In this document: piece after piece, positions 54,510-64,000 of the stretch
How positions within the stretch are numbered: the stretch's first letter is position 1
How the letters are laid out: each line of letters opens with the position of its first letter
From: Escherichia coli
Lineage (GTDB): Bacteria; Pseudomonadota; Gammaproteobacteria; Enterobacterales; Enterobacteriaceae
Assembly: GCF_044324785.1 (NCBI RefSeq)
Contig: NZ_CP172127.1
Reading direction: 5' to 3' (one strand)
Length of the DNA stretch: 64,000 bases
Translations under genes and position numbers: made by a program
Notes under the pieces: model-generated
Told to the model about the DNA's origin: nothing
The model's database searches: none
The model's input: only the letters and a program-made list of their open reading frames with translations

Positions 54510-55943
54510 ATGAAAGTAACGCTGCCAGAGTTTGAACGTGCAGGAGTGATGGTGGTTGGTGATGTGATGCTGGATCGTTACTGGTACGGTCCCACCAGCC
54601 GTATCTCGCCGGAAGCGCCGGTGCCCGTGGTTAAAGTAAATACCATCGAAGAACGTCCGGGCGGCGCGGCTAACGTGGCGATGAATATCGCTTCTCTCGG
54701 TGCTAATGCACGCCTGGTCGGGTTGACGGGCATTGACGATGCGGCGCGCGCGCTGAGTAAATCTCTGGCCGACGTCAACGTCAAATGCGACTTCGTTTCT
54801 GTACCGACGCATCCGACCATCACCAAATTACGGGTACTTTCCCGCAACCAACAGCTGATCCGTCTGGATTTTGAAGAAGGTTTCGAAGGGGTTGATCCGC
54901 AGCCGCTGCACGAGCGGATTAATCAGGCGCTGAGTTCGATTGGCGCGCTGGTGCTCTCTGACTACGCGAAAGGTGCGCTGGCAAGCGTGCAGCAGATGAT
55001 CCAACTGGCGCGTAAAGCGGGCGTTCCGGTGCTGATTGATCCAAAAGGTACCGATTTTGAGCGCTACCGCGGCGCTACGCTGTTAACGCCGAATCTCTCG
55101 GAATTTGAAGCTGTTGTCGGTAAATGTAAGACCGAAGAAGAGATTGTTGAACGCGGCATGAAACTGATTGCCGATTACGAACTCTCGGCTCTGTTGGTGA
55201 CCCGTTCCGAACAGGGTATGTCGCTGCTGCAACCGGGTAAAGCGCCGCTGCATATGCCAACCCAGGCGCAGGAAGTGTATGACGTTACCGGTGCGGGCGA
55301 CACGGTGATTGGCGTCCTGGCGGCAACGCTGGCTGCGGGTAATTCACTGGAAGAAGCCTGCTTCTTTGCCAATGCGGCGGCAGGCGTGGTGGTCGGCAAA
55401 CTGGGGACATCCACGGTATCGCCGATCGAGCTGGAAAATGCAGTACGTGGACGTGCAGATACCGGCTTTGGTGTGATGACCGAAGAGGAACTGAAGCTTG
55501 CTGTAGCGGCGGCGCGTAAACGTGGTGAAAAAGTGGTAATGACCAACGGTGTCTTCGATATCCTACATGCCGGGCACGTCTCTTATCTGGCAAATGCCCG
55601 CAAGCTGGGTGACCGCTTGATTGTTGCCGTCAACAGCGATGCCTCCACCAAACGGCTGAAAGGGGATTCCCGCCCCGTTAACCCGCTCGAACAGCGTATG
55701 ATTGTGCTGGGCGCACTGGAAGCGGTCGACTGGGTAGTGTCGTTTGAAGAAGACACGCCGCAGCGCTTGATCGCCGGGATCCTGCCAGACCTGCTGGTGA
55801 AAGGTGGCGACTATAAACCAGAAGAGATTGCCGGGAGTAAAGAAGTCTGGGCCAACGGCGGCGAAGTGTTGGTGCTCAACTTTGAAGACGGTTGCTCGAC
55901 GACCAACATCATCAAGAAGATCCAACAGGATAAAAAAGGCTAA
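54510..55943 (+). CDS. hldE: Bifunctional D-beta-D-heptose 7-phosphate kinase / heptose 1-phosphate adenylyltransferase HldE
   Basis: 477-aa [44 protein letters not shown]. Confidence 0.95.
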
Positions 55944-56022
55944 CCGGAAAGCGGTTCACAGATCTCGCTTCGAACCTGGCAGGCCTATTGACGCTGTTGT
56001 TTTTTCAACCTAGAGTAAAGGA

Positions 56023-56166
56023 ACAAGGGTAAGGGAGGATTTCTCCCCCCTCTGAATTGGTTGTTAATAAGCCTGGAAACTTACTAGTAACAACACAATC
56101 AGTATGATGACGAGCTTCATCATAACCCTTTCCTTCTATAAGGCCCCTTCCTCGGGAGGGGCTTTC
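56023..56166 (+). ncRNA. Sib-family antisense sRNA (SibD/SibE-like), copy 1
   Basis: Near-consensus promoter TTGACG-17 nt-TAGAGT at 55988-56016; transcript would fully cover the ibs ORF on the opposite strand; GC hairpin + U-run at about 56142-56165; ends approximate. Confidence 0.55.
56064..56123 (-). CDS. Ibs-family hydrophobic toxin peptide (19 aa, MMKLVIILIVLLLVSFQAY), copy 1
   Basis: Minus-strand ATGATGAAGCTCGTCATCATACTGATTGTGTTGTTACTAGTAAGTTTCCAGGCTTATTAA; typical Ibs length and composition. Confidence 0.7.
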   Translation of the reverse strand: MMKLVIILIVLLLVSFQAY

Positions 56167-56398
56167 CCGTTTCAGCTCCTTGCTGACTCCCCGATTGTTG
56201 ATGAGCGCCAGACCCCGCGCAACGCTTTCCCAGAGGCAGTTTTCCTTTCCCCGAGCGGTCACGCAAAACGTTGCAACAGCCTGATCATTTGCACCTTTTA
56301 GCGGAACGCAGATATAAAAAATCCCCGGTTTTTTGGGCCAGGGATATGTGTTAATGAAACCTTCTTGACGCTGTTTTTTTTTCAACCTAAAGTAAAGG

Positions 56399-56542
56399 AA
56401 CAAGGGTGAGGGAGGATTTCTCCCCCCTCTGATTGGCTGTTAGTAAGCGTGGAAACTTATCAGTAACAACACAATCAGTATGATGATGAGCTTCATCATA
56501 ACCCTTTCCTTATACAAGGCCCCTTCTTCGGGAGGGGCTTTC
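56399..56542 (+). ncRNA. Sib-family antisense sRNA, copy 2
   Basis: Promoter TTGACG-17 nt-TAAAGT; hairpin + U-run at about 56518-56541; antisense to second ibs ORF; ends approximate. Confidence 0.55.
56440..56499 (-). CDS. Ibs-family hydrophobic toxin peptide (19 aa, MMKLIIILIVLLLISFHAY), copy 2
   Basis: Minus-strand ATGATGAAGCTCATCATCATACTGATTGTGTTGTTACTGATAAGTTTCCACGCTTACTAA. Confidence 0.7.
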   Translation of the reverse strand: MMKLIIILIVLLLISFHAY

Positions 56543-56737
56543 CCGTTTCAGCCCCTTGCTGACTTCCCGATTGTTGATGAACGCCGGACCCCGCGCAATG
56601 CTTTCCCAGAGGCAGTTTTGCCTTCCCCGAGCGGTCACGCAAAATGCTGCAACAGCCCGATCATTTGCACTTTTTATCGGAACGCAGATATAAAGAATCC
56701 CCGGCTTTTTGGGCCAGGGATGTTCATAGTTGAAAAT

Positions 56738-58257
56738 TTATTCTACGTTTTCTGCGACGGGAGTTGTTGAGGTTAAGGGGGAAGTCAATGCCGCCAGCGA
56801 GCCGCCTGAAACGCCAATTTCATTGAGTAAGGAGTCAATCAGCGGTGCTTGTGTGCGGTAAGAGAGTGCGGCTGATAACGCTTGTTCCGCCAGGTTTCCG
56901 CCCCCCACATTACCCGTGTTTGCATCACCCGCAGCGCTGCCACGATTCAGACCATCGACCTGAATAATCTTGATACCGTCAATAGATTTCATCGGCTCAA
57001 CGGATTTTTCTATTACCGCAGGTAGCGCCTGCAACAAGGCCAGTTTGAATTTAAGGCTGGTTTGTTCATCAGAAAGTACGTTGATAGCATCGTTCAGCGC
57101 ACGTTGTGCTTCTGCTTCCGCCAGACCCTTTTTACGTGTAGCTTCGGCTAACTCAACGATAGCCGCCGCCTGCATCTCTGCGGCTTCTTTTTCTGCTTTT
57201 GCCCGGACAGTCAGTTCAACTGCTTTGGTTTCTGCATCCTGCGCGGCAGCGATTAGGGCAACTTGTTTAGCACGATCGGCTTCTGCGGTCTGGCGAGTGG
57301 TTTCTACGTTTTGTTGGGCGCTTACTGCTTCTGCGAGTGCAAGGTTAGCACGCGCTTCTGCCTGGGACTGTTGTTCCGATTTGGCGGCAATAGCGATCGA
57401 TTTCGTCTGGTTGGCGATTTCGGTGACCTGCTGCTGTTCGATCTCTTTAATGCGAACTTCACGTTCAGCTTCAACTTTTCTGGAACGGACGGCCTGTTCG
57501 CGGTCGATTTCCGTTTCCTGAATCTGTCGTTCAGCCAGAATTCGCGTCTGCTCTGCTTCCCGACGACGCTCGGCCTCAAAAGCTGCAATTTTCGCATTCT
57601 GCTCAGCGGTACGGGTTTTAACCTGCTGCTCCTGTTCAAGCGTCATAAACGCTTCTTGTTGTTCAATCTCCAGCTTCCGCGAAAGCGCATCACGATTTTT
57701 CTCACGCACCGCAACTTCTACATCCTGTTCAACTTCGTTACGTTCGCGACGACGGCGCTCCGTCTCCTGCGTCAGCTTGGTTAAACCTTCGGCGTCAAAG
57801 GCGTTGTTAGGATTGAAATGTTCTTTCGACGTCTGGTTAAAGTTGGTAAGTGAAACGCTTTCCAGTTCCAGACCGTTTTTCGACAGATCTTCAGCTACGG
57901 TATTTTGTACTCCCTGCACGAAGTTCTCGCGGGTATCCTGTAACTCATGCATGGTCATTTGTGCAGCTGTTGCACGGAGGGCATCGACGAATTTATCTTC
58001 AACCAACATACGTAAATCTTCTGGTGATAGCGTGCGTTGCCCCAACGTTTGGGCAGCGGTGGCAATCCCTTCTACTGAAGGTTTTACCCGCACAAAGAAA
58101 GCGACTACTACATCGACGCGCATACGATCTTTCGTAATCAGGCTATCAATGGTTGAGCGGCTGACTTCCAGCTTCAGAGTATTCATATTGATGGGGATTA
58201 TTTCATGAAAGATCGGCATCACGATTGCGCCACCGCTCATTACCACTTTTTGCCCAC
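56738..58257 (-). pseudogene. yqiK: yqiK (flotillin/SPFH-family protein), C-terminal 503 codons, separated from its 5' end by an IS insertion
   Basis: ORF 56738..58246 begins VVMSGGAIVMPIFHEIIPINMNTLKLEV, continuing the reading frame that starts at 59465 on the far side of the IS. Confidence 0.85.
58249..58257. repeat. Target-site duplication, left copy (TTTGCCCAC)
   Basis: Identical 9-mer at 59315-59323 directly flanks the other inverted repeat. Confidence 0.8.
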
Positions 58258-59314
58258 GGCTTTGTTGAATAAATCAGATTTCGGGTAAGTCTCCCCCGTA
58301 GCGGGTTGTGTTTTCAGGCAATACGCACGCTTTCAGGCATACCTGCTTTCGTCATTTTGTTCAGCGCTCGTACCAGGGCCATAGCCTCCGCAACCTGACC
58401 ATCGTAGTCACGCAGCGTCAGTGAACCCCCGAACAGCTGTTTTACCCGGTACATCGCCGTTTCCGCTATCGAGCGACGGTTGTAATCTGTTGTCCATTTC
58501 CACCGCGCATTACTCCCGGTCATTCGCTGATTAGCCACTGCACGGTTACGGTCTGCATATTCACCGGGCCAGTAACCCGCACCTTTTCGGGGAGGGATAA
58601 GCGCGCTGATTTTCTTACGCCGCAGTTCATCGTGACATAGCCGGGTATCGTAAGCGCCATCGGCGGCGGCTGACCTGATTTTCCGGTGGGTTTGCCGGAT
58701 TAACCCGGGGAAGGCCTCTGAGTCCGTAACGTTGTTCAGCGACAGGTCAGCGCAGATGATTTCATGTGTTTTACTGTCAACGGCGAGATGCAGCTTACGC
58801 CAGATACGGCGGCGTTCCTGGCCATGCTTTTTGACTTTCCACTCGCCTTCACCGAAGACCTTCAGCCCGGTGGAATCAATTACCAGGTGTGCGATTTCAC
58901 CCCGGGTGGGCGTTTTGAAACTGACATTAACCGACTTTGCCCGCCTGCTGACACAGCTGTAATCCGGGCAGCGTAGCGGAACGTTCATCAGAGAAAAAAT
59001 GGAATCAATAAAGCCCTGCGCAGCCCGCAGGGTCAGCCTGAATACGCGTTTAATGACCAGCACAGTAGTGATGGCAAGGTCAGAATAGCGCTGAGGTCTG
59101 CCTCGTGAAGAAGGTGTTGCTGACTCATACCAGGCCTGAATAGCTTCATCATCCAGCCAGAAAGTTATGGAGCCACGGTTGATGAGGGCTTTATTGTAGG
59201 TGGGCCAGTTGGTGATTTTGAACTTTTGCTTTGCCACGGAACGGTCTGCGTTGTCGGGAAGATACGTGATCTGATCCTTCAACTCAGCAAAAGTTCGATT
59301 TATTCAACAAAGCC
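58258..59314 (-). mobile_element. IS903-family insertion sequence (IS5 family, IS903 group), 1057 bp
   Basis: Perfect 18-bp terminal inverted repeats GGCTTTGTTGAATAAATC (58258-58275; complement at 59297-59314); length and ends match recalled IS903/IS102; flanked by 9-bp direct repeat. Confidence 0.9.
58314..59237 (-). CDS. IS903-family DDE transposase (307 aa from GTG; ORF track extends it to 322 aa from TTG at 59282)
   Basis: Protein ...KFKITNWPTYNKALINRGSITFWLDD...DGAYD...; fills the element between the inverted repeats. Confidence 0.85.
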   Translation of the reverse strand: MAKQKFKITNWPTYNKALINRGSITFWLDDEAIQAWYESATPSSRGRPQRYSDLAITTVLVIKRVFRLTLRAAQGFIDSIFSLMNVPLRCPDYSCVSRRAKSVNVSFKTPTRGEIAHLVIDSTGLKVFGEGEWKVKKHGQERRRIWRKLHLAVDSKTHEIICADLSLNNVTDSEAFPGLIRQTHRKIRSAAADGAYDTRLCHDELRRKKISALIPPRKGAGYWPGEYADRNRAVANQRMTGSNARWKWTTDYNRRSIAETAMYRVKQLFGGSLTLRDYDGQVAEAMALVRALNKMTKAGMPESVRIA

Positions 59315-59323
59315 TTTGCCCAC
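59315..59323. repeat. Target-site duplication, right copy (TTTGCCCAC)
   Basis: Matches 58249-58257. Confidence 0.8.
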
Positions 59324-59465
59324 CTAAACCAGTACGAACAAAAGCTTGCTCTGCCGAAGCGCGACGATAGAGCCTGGCGAAAATAATTCCAATAATAAAC
59401 AGAATGCATACGGCAATAATCGCGGTAAACATCCAGGAGGGCACAGAATTAACAATATCATCCAT
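59315..59465 (-). pseudogene. yqiK: yqiK 5' fragment (first 50 codons, including the N-terminal membrane anchor)
   Basis: Minus strand from ATG 59465: MDDIVNSVPSWMFTAIIAVCILFIIGIIFARLYRRASAEQAFVRTGLGGQ, then runs into the IS inverted repeat. Confidence 0.85.
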
Positions 59466-59491
59466 TATTAAATTTCCTTTTGATTAATAAA

Positions 59492-60121
59492 TTACAATAT
59501 TTGGGGCCAGGGATTGTTTTCCGCCAAATATCGCGTTGCAGAAAGTCGGCAAATAATTAACACTTTGTCTCCTTTAGTGAAAATTTTTCCTTCTTCAGGC
59601 TCCAGTAGTAAATAATGTATTTGGCCAAATTGATCGGTGAGTTTTCCTTCGCAGGGATTACCTGAAGTGGCCTGATGACCGGTAATTAACGCCATGCTAC
59701 CAATATATTCTTCTTCTGTAATAGCTGAACTATGGTCGCGTGGAATCCAGGGCGCAACTATTTTACCGGTATAATGCACCGCAATAATCGTAAACAGTAA
59801 ACTGACAGGAACCACGAACAGGTTCGAAAGTGGTGATTGCCAGACCATGATGCAGGCATGCTGCAACAGGATGCCAATAAGACCAAAAAAACCAGCCAGT
59901 AAGCAGAGAACGACGAGAGCTGGCAATCTTCCGATATTGAGATAATGAAGTGCCTGGCTAATATGACCTGTGGTTATGGAATCATAATGGTCAAGATGTG
60001 CATCAAGAGCACCGGAGAGCATGTGACCGCAGATAAGCGCAAAAATTTCTAAAAGGCCGATCAACAGTACAAAGGAAATAGCGAAAAGATAAGGGGTATT
60101 ATAGTCGGCGAATAAAATCAT
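59492..60121 (-). CDS. yqiJ: NfeD-like inner membrane protein YqiJ
   Basis: 209-aa [40 protein letters not shown]; immediately upstream of yqiK. Confidence 0.9.
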
Positions 60122-60389
60122 ATGTCACTCCAATGTCCATTTAGTGACGCAATATTTACTTTGGGATAGTTTCCTTGCTTACATTTATCTTTGTTAATAA
60201 TAACACATGTTAGAGAAGTTCTGGAAGAGAAAGTCTTTTAATATGGTTTTTTATTTTTCACTAAAAAGTGTGATCGGGGACAATATATTTACGCACGTTA
60301 TGTTTAAAGGCACTACACTGATTGGGGAATACTGAAATCAGAAAAAGCATATGGCCTTAAAAGGTATGCGATAACCGGAGGATGTGCTT

Positions 60390-60590
60390 ATGGATCATAG
60401 TCTTAATTCTTTAAATAATTTCGATTTCCTGGCGCGTAGTTTTGCCAGAATGCACGCAGAAGGTCGCCCGGTCGATATTCTGGCCGTTACTGGTAACATG
60501 GATGAAGAACATAGAACCTGGTTTTGCGCACGTTATGCCTGGTATTGCCAACAGATGATGCAAACCAGAGAACTTGAATTAGAACACTGA
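60390..60590 (+). CDS. glgS: GlgS (surface composition regulator)
   Basis: ORF 60384..60590 (GTG), start trimmed to ATG 60390: [59 protein letters not shown] aaccggagga upstream. Confidence 0.88.
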
Positions 60591-60624
60591 TATTACGGGC
60601 CGTCTGGCCCGTTTTTGTGTTGCT

Positions 60625-60924
60625 TTATTCTGCTTTATCAATAGGCGGGATAGCCGGAGGAGATTGAAGATCTGCTACCGAATTATTGCGCGCTTCCAGT
60701 TCACTGATGCGCTGCTCTAGTAATGCCAGTTTCTCACGAGTCCGTAACAGGACTTGCGTCTGTACGTCGAATTCTTCGCGGCTCACCAGATCGAGACGCG
60801 TCAGCTGCGCTTGTAGGGTTTGGCGGATTTTTTTCTCCACATCTTCCCCGAACTCCCTGATTCCTTTAGGCATTGATTCGTGAACCTGGCGAGCGATTTG
60901 CTCAATTTTTTTCGGGTCAATCAT
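60625..60924 (-). CDS. ubiK: Ubiquinone biosynthesis accessory factor UbiK (YqiC)
   Basis: ORF 60625..60984, start trimmed to [35 protein letters not shown]; coiled-coil. Confidence 0.8.
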   Translation of the reverse strand: MIDPKKIEQIARQVHESMPKGIREFGEDVEKKIRQTLQAQLTRLDLVSREEFDVQTQVLLRTREKLALLEQRISELEARNNSVADLQSPPAIPPIDKAE

Positions 60925-61039
60925 TGTAGTTTCCCTGTACTGATAGGTGTTGAGTGCCATTGTAGTGCGATAAGGGTAAGTCATAAACCAGAATTATGTG
61001 AAGCTATGCGTTGCTGCCGCTAATCATTAGCGTTATAGT

Positions 61040-61215
61040 GAATCCGCTTATTCTCAGGGCGGGGCGAAATTCCCCACCGGCGGTAAATCAACTCAGTTGA
61101 AAGCCCGCGAGCGCTTTGGGTGCGAACTCAAAGGACAGCAGATCCGGTGTAATTCCGGGGCCGACGGTTAGAGTCCGGATGGGAGAGAGTAACGATTCTG
61201 TCGGGCATGGACCCG
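61040..61215 (+). promoter_or_regulatory. FMN riboswitch (RFN element) in the ribB leader
   Basis: Conserved RFN blocks agggcggggcgaaattccccaccggcggtaa ... agcccgcgagcg ... ggtgtaattccgg ... gccgacggttagagtccggatgggagaga upstream of ribB. Confidence 0.75.
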
Positions 61216-61297
61216 CTCACGTTATTTTGGCTATATGCCGCCACTCCTAAGACTGCCCTGATTCTGGTAACCATAATTTTAGTGAGGTTTTTTTACC

Positions 61298-61951
61298 ATG
61301 AATCAGACGCTACTTTCCTCTTTTGGTACGCCTTTCGAACGTGTTGAAAATGCACTGGCTGCGCTGCGTGAAGGACGCGGTGTAATGGTGCTTGATGATG
61401 AAGACCGTGAAAACGAAGGCGATATGATCTTCCCGGCAGAAACCATGACCGTTGAGCAGATGGCGCTGACCATTCGCCACGGTAGCGGTATTGTTTGCCT
61501 GTGCATTACTGAAGATCGCCGTAAACAACTCGATCTGCCAATGATGGTAGAAAATAACACCAGCGCCTATGGCACCGGTTTTACCGTGACCATTGAAGCG
61601 GCTGAAGGTGTGACTACCGGTGTTTCTGCCGCTGACCGTATTACGACCGTTCGCGCAGCGATTGCCGATGGCGCAAAACCGTCAGATCTGAATCGCCCAG
61701 GCCACGTTTTCCCACTTCGCGCTCAGGCTGGTGGTGTACTGACGCGTGGCGGCCATACTGAAGCGACTATTGATCTGATGACGCTGGCAGGCTTTAAACC
61801 GGCTGGTGTGCTGTGTGAGCTGACTAATGACGATGGCACGATGGCGCGTGCACCAGAGTGCATTGAGTTTGCCAATAAACACAATATGGCGCTCGTGACT
61901 ATTGAAGACCTGGTGGCATACCGTCAGGCACATGAGCGTAAAGCCAGCTGA
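61298..61951 (+). CDS. ribB: 3,4-dihydroxy-2-butanone 4-phosphate synthase RibB
   Basis: 217-aa [53 protein letters not shown]. Confidence 0.96.
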   Translation: MNQTLLSSFGTPFERVENALAALREGRGVMVLDDEDRENEGDMIFPAETMTVEQMALTIRHGSGIVCLCITEDRRKQLDLPMMVENNTSAYGTGFTVTIEAAEGVTTGVSAADRITTVRAAIADGAKPSDLNRPGHVFPLRAQAGGVLTRGGHTEATIDLMTLAGFKPAGVLCELTNDDGTMARAPECIEFANKHNMALVTIEDLVAYRQAHERKAS

Positions 61952-61984
61952 AAACCGCTGCTTAATTTACTGCCTTAATCAAGA

Positions 61985-62019
61985 AACCGAAGTTGTAGCA
62001 GGCTTCGGTTTTTATTTTT
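61985..62019 (+). terminator. ribB rho-independent terminator
   Basis: Stem aaccgaag...cttcggtt followed by tttatttttc. Confidence 0.65.
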
Positions 62020-62212
62020 CCCTGCTATGTAAGATGTTAATTCCGCTTCTCTTTCTATGAGAAAATTTCATTAATATCAGGCATTCTTTTTCATTATGAT
62101 CAAAATCATATAATTGTTCCGTTATTATGCGACCATATGAATATATCCGAAAAAGGATATGTGAAATTTATGCGCTAAATGTTTAGTATTGTTAAATATT
62201 AAGGGTAAAAGG

Positions 62213-62383
62213 ATGTTTATCGCCTGGTACTGGATTGTATTGATTGCTCTGGTTGTGGTGGGTTATTTCCTGCATTTGAAACGATATTGTCGGGCGTTTC
62301 GCCAGGACAGAGACGCCCTGCTTGAAGCGCGGAACAAATACTTAAACAGTACGAGAGAAGAGACAGCCGAAAAGGTAGAATAA
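62213..62383 (+). CDS. Hypothetical small membrane protein (56 aa, one predicted TM helix)
   Basis: ATG 62213 preceded by aaggg Shine-Dalgarno-like sequence; MFIAWYWIVLIALVVVGYFLHLKRY... hydrophobic helix then charged tail; not recognised. Confidence 0.4.
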   Translation: MFIAWYWIVLIALVVVGYFLHLKRYCRAFRQDRDALLEARNKYLNSTREETAEKVE

Positions 62384-62440
62384 GACTTTAGTGAAGCTGA
62401 CAGAAGTTGTCCATGCGCTGGACAACTTCTGATGTTGCTT

Positions 62441-63214
62441 TTAACCAATTCCCGCCGTTTGTAGCAGCACTAAACTGAATCCCATCACTGACATTCCACA
62501 TAGTACGCCATAGCTGGGGTTATTATTGGGGTCAATCTCTTTGGCGAGCGGCATTAATTCATCAACCGAGAGCGCCACCATAATTCCTGCAACCGCCGCC
62601 ATGATTGCCGCCATGACCACCGGAGAAATCATGCTACCGAGGATTAACCATGCCAGCACACCACCAAGAATTTCTGCCAGTCCGGAAATCCCCGCCCACA
62701 GAATCGCGGTACGTTTCGATCCTGTTGCAGCGTAAACCGGCCCTGCAACCGCCAGACCTTCAGGAATATTGTGCAACGCTACGGCCAGGGCGATACCAAA
62801 TCCCAGCTCCAGGTTGCTGCTCGCCGTGACAAAGGTGGCAATCCCTTCCGGGAAGTTATGCAGACTGATGCCGAGAGTGAGCAGAATGGCTGTGCGCTTG
62901 ATCGATTTTGGCAACGGCTGCACCGATTTTTGCATTAAATCCTGCGGATGTGCATGTGGCAACATGCGGTCTAGACCAAAATAGCCAAGCAGACCGAAGA
63001 TAAACATTCCATAACCCAACACAGGCGACATTCCTTCGGCGGCTAGTGCGGCAGGAAGCATTTCCATTAATGAGATGAGCAACATGATCCCCGCCGCAAA
63101 TCCTAGCGAAAACGCCAGTAAGCGGTTCGAGGGTTTTTGCCCGAGAACGCCGAGAAACGCGCCAATAAACGTGGCTGCCCCCGCCAGTATGGTCAGAATG
63201 AGAGGTACTGACAT
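62441..63214 (-). CDS. zupT: Zinc transporter ZupT (ZIP family)
   Basis: ORF 62441..63256, start trimmed to [22 protein letters not shown] (257 aa). Confidence 0.92.
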
Positions 63215-63329
63215 CGACAACTCCTTATAAATCTTCACCTTCAGGCAGATCGTCAAAATAACTGATGATCATCATCATTGTTATCCGGGTTCTTACTCCG
63301 CCGAACAAGCGTATTGTGAGGATATCAAA

Positions 63330-64000
63330 ATGACACCTTTAGTTAAGGATATCATCATGTCTTCAACACGTATGCCAGCATTGTTTTTAGGTCACGGTAG
63401 TCCGATGAACGTGCTGGAAGATAATTTGTATACCCGCAGCTGGCAGAAGTTGGGGATGACATTGCCACGCCCGCAAGCGATTGTGGTGGTTTCGGCTCAC
63501 TGGTTTACCCGTGGAACAGGAGTGACCGCGATGGAGACGCCGCCCACGATTCATGACTTTGGTGGCTTCCCGCAGGCGCTGTACGATACGCATTATCCTG
63601 CTCCGGGTTCGCCTGCGCTGGCACAGCGTCTGGTTGAGCTGTTAGCGCCGATCCCGGTGACGCTGGATAAAGAAGCCTGGGGCTTTGACCACGGTTCCTG
63701 GGGCGTGCTGATTAAGATGTATCCTGACGCGGATATCCCGATGGTGCAGTTGAGTATCGACAGTAGCAAACCTGCCGCCTGGCATTTCGAAATGGGGCGC
63801 AAACTGGCAGCGCTGCGAGATGAAGGAATAATGTTGGTCGCCAGCGGTAACGTGGTGCATAACCTGCGCACAGTGAAGTGGCACGGTGATAGTTCACCGT
63901 ATCCGTGGGCGACGTCGTTTAATGAGTATGTGAAAGCGAATCTGACGTGGCAAGGGCCGGTAGAGCAGCATCCTCTGGTGAATTATCTCGACCATGAAGG
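63330..64000 (+). CDS. ygiD: 4,5-DOPA dioxygenase extradiol-like protein YgiD, 5' part (runs past window end)
   Basis: Open frame from ATG 63330 (MTPLVKDIIMSSTRMPALFLGHGSPMNVLEDN...) to the window end; alternative start at ATG 63357; not in ORF track because no stop lies in the window. Confidence 0.85.
   Translation, partial: MTPLVKDIIMSSTRMPALFLGHGSPMNVLEDNLYTRSWQKLGMTLPRPQAIVVVSAHWFTRGTGVTAMETPPTIHDFGGFPQALYDTHYPAPGSPALAQRLVELLAPIPVTLDKEAWGFDHGSWGVLIKMYPDADIPMVQLSIDSSKPAAWHFEMGRKLAALRDEGIMLVASGNVVHNLRTVKWHGDSSPYPWATSFNEYVKANLTWQGPVEQHPLVNYLDHE

Larger units (their letters stand above)
55982..56735. repeat. Two direct tandem copies (about 376 bp period) of a Sib/Ibs type I toxin-antitoxin unit
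   Basis: 55985-56345 and 56360-56725 align along their whole length with scattered substitutions. Confidence 0.85.

Noticed and set aside
55982-56735. CRISPR-like direct repeats downstream of hldE
   Set aside because: Period is about 376 bp and each unit encodes an Ibs peptide with an antisense Sib RNA; not a CRISPR array.
56104-56770. Plus-strand ORFs 56104..56301 (65 aa) and 56480..56770 (96 aa)
   Set aside because: They lie on the Sib sRNA strand, overlap the Ibs ORFs in antisense, and read through terminator hairpins; treated as spurious.
59495-59520. Short motif gggccagggat shared between the 3' end of yqiJ and the ends of both Sib/Ibs repeat units (about 56333 and 56707)
   Set aside because: Only about 11 nt; in yqiJ it encodes the C-terminus (…PWPQIL); most likely coincidence, and I cannot test significance without a search.

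Overview
This window reads as Escherichia coli core chromosome from a non-K-12 strain, running yqjK to ygiD (the K-12 region around rpoD/dnaG, in reverse orientation). About 60 protein genes are recognisable, including the exuR-exuT/uxaCA hexuronate genes, sstT, alx, rlmG, fadH, ygjK-ygjJ-ygjI, ebgRAC, patA, aer, yqjI/yqjH, mug, the rpsU-dnaG-rpoD operon, tsaD, ttdTBA/ttdR, plsY, folB, uppP, cca, ygiM, ygiF, glnE, hldE, yqiJK, glgS, ubiK, ribB and zupT. RNA and cis elements include tRNA-Ile(CAU) ileX, an FMN riboswitch before ribB, a probable Mn riboswitch leader before alx, two Sib/Ibs type I toxin-antitoxin modules, and REP/BIME elements. The main candidate for something undescribed is a roughly 2.1-kb insert between fadH and ygjK (17521-19656). 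It carries a 513-aa minus-strand ORF built from three degenerate tandem modules, two of which keep their own Shine-Dalgarno and ATG, which I cannot assign to any family. Other accessory differences are an IS903-family element (1057 bp, 18-bp inverted repeats, 9-bp target duplication) interrupting yqiK, and a NADAR/YbiA-like gene between mug and rpoD. From memory of the K-12 map, higBA and the yqiGHI fimbrial genes are absent from their usual positions. All calls rest on reading the sequence and recalled protein families; no database search was run, and hand-read coordinates of non-ORF features may be off by a base or two.
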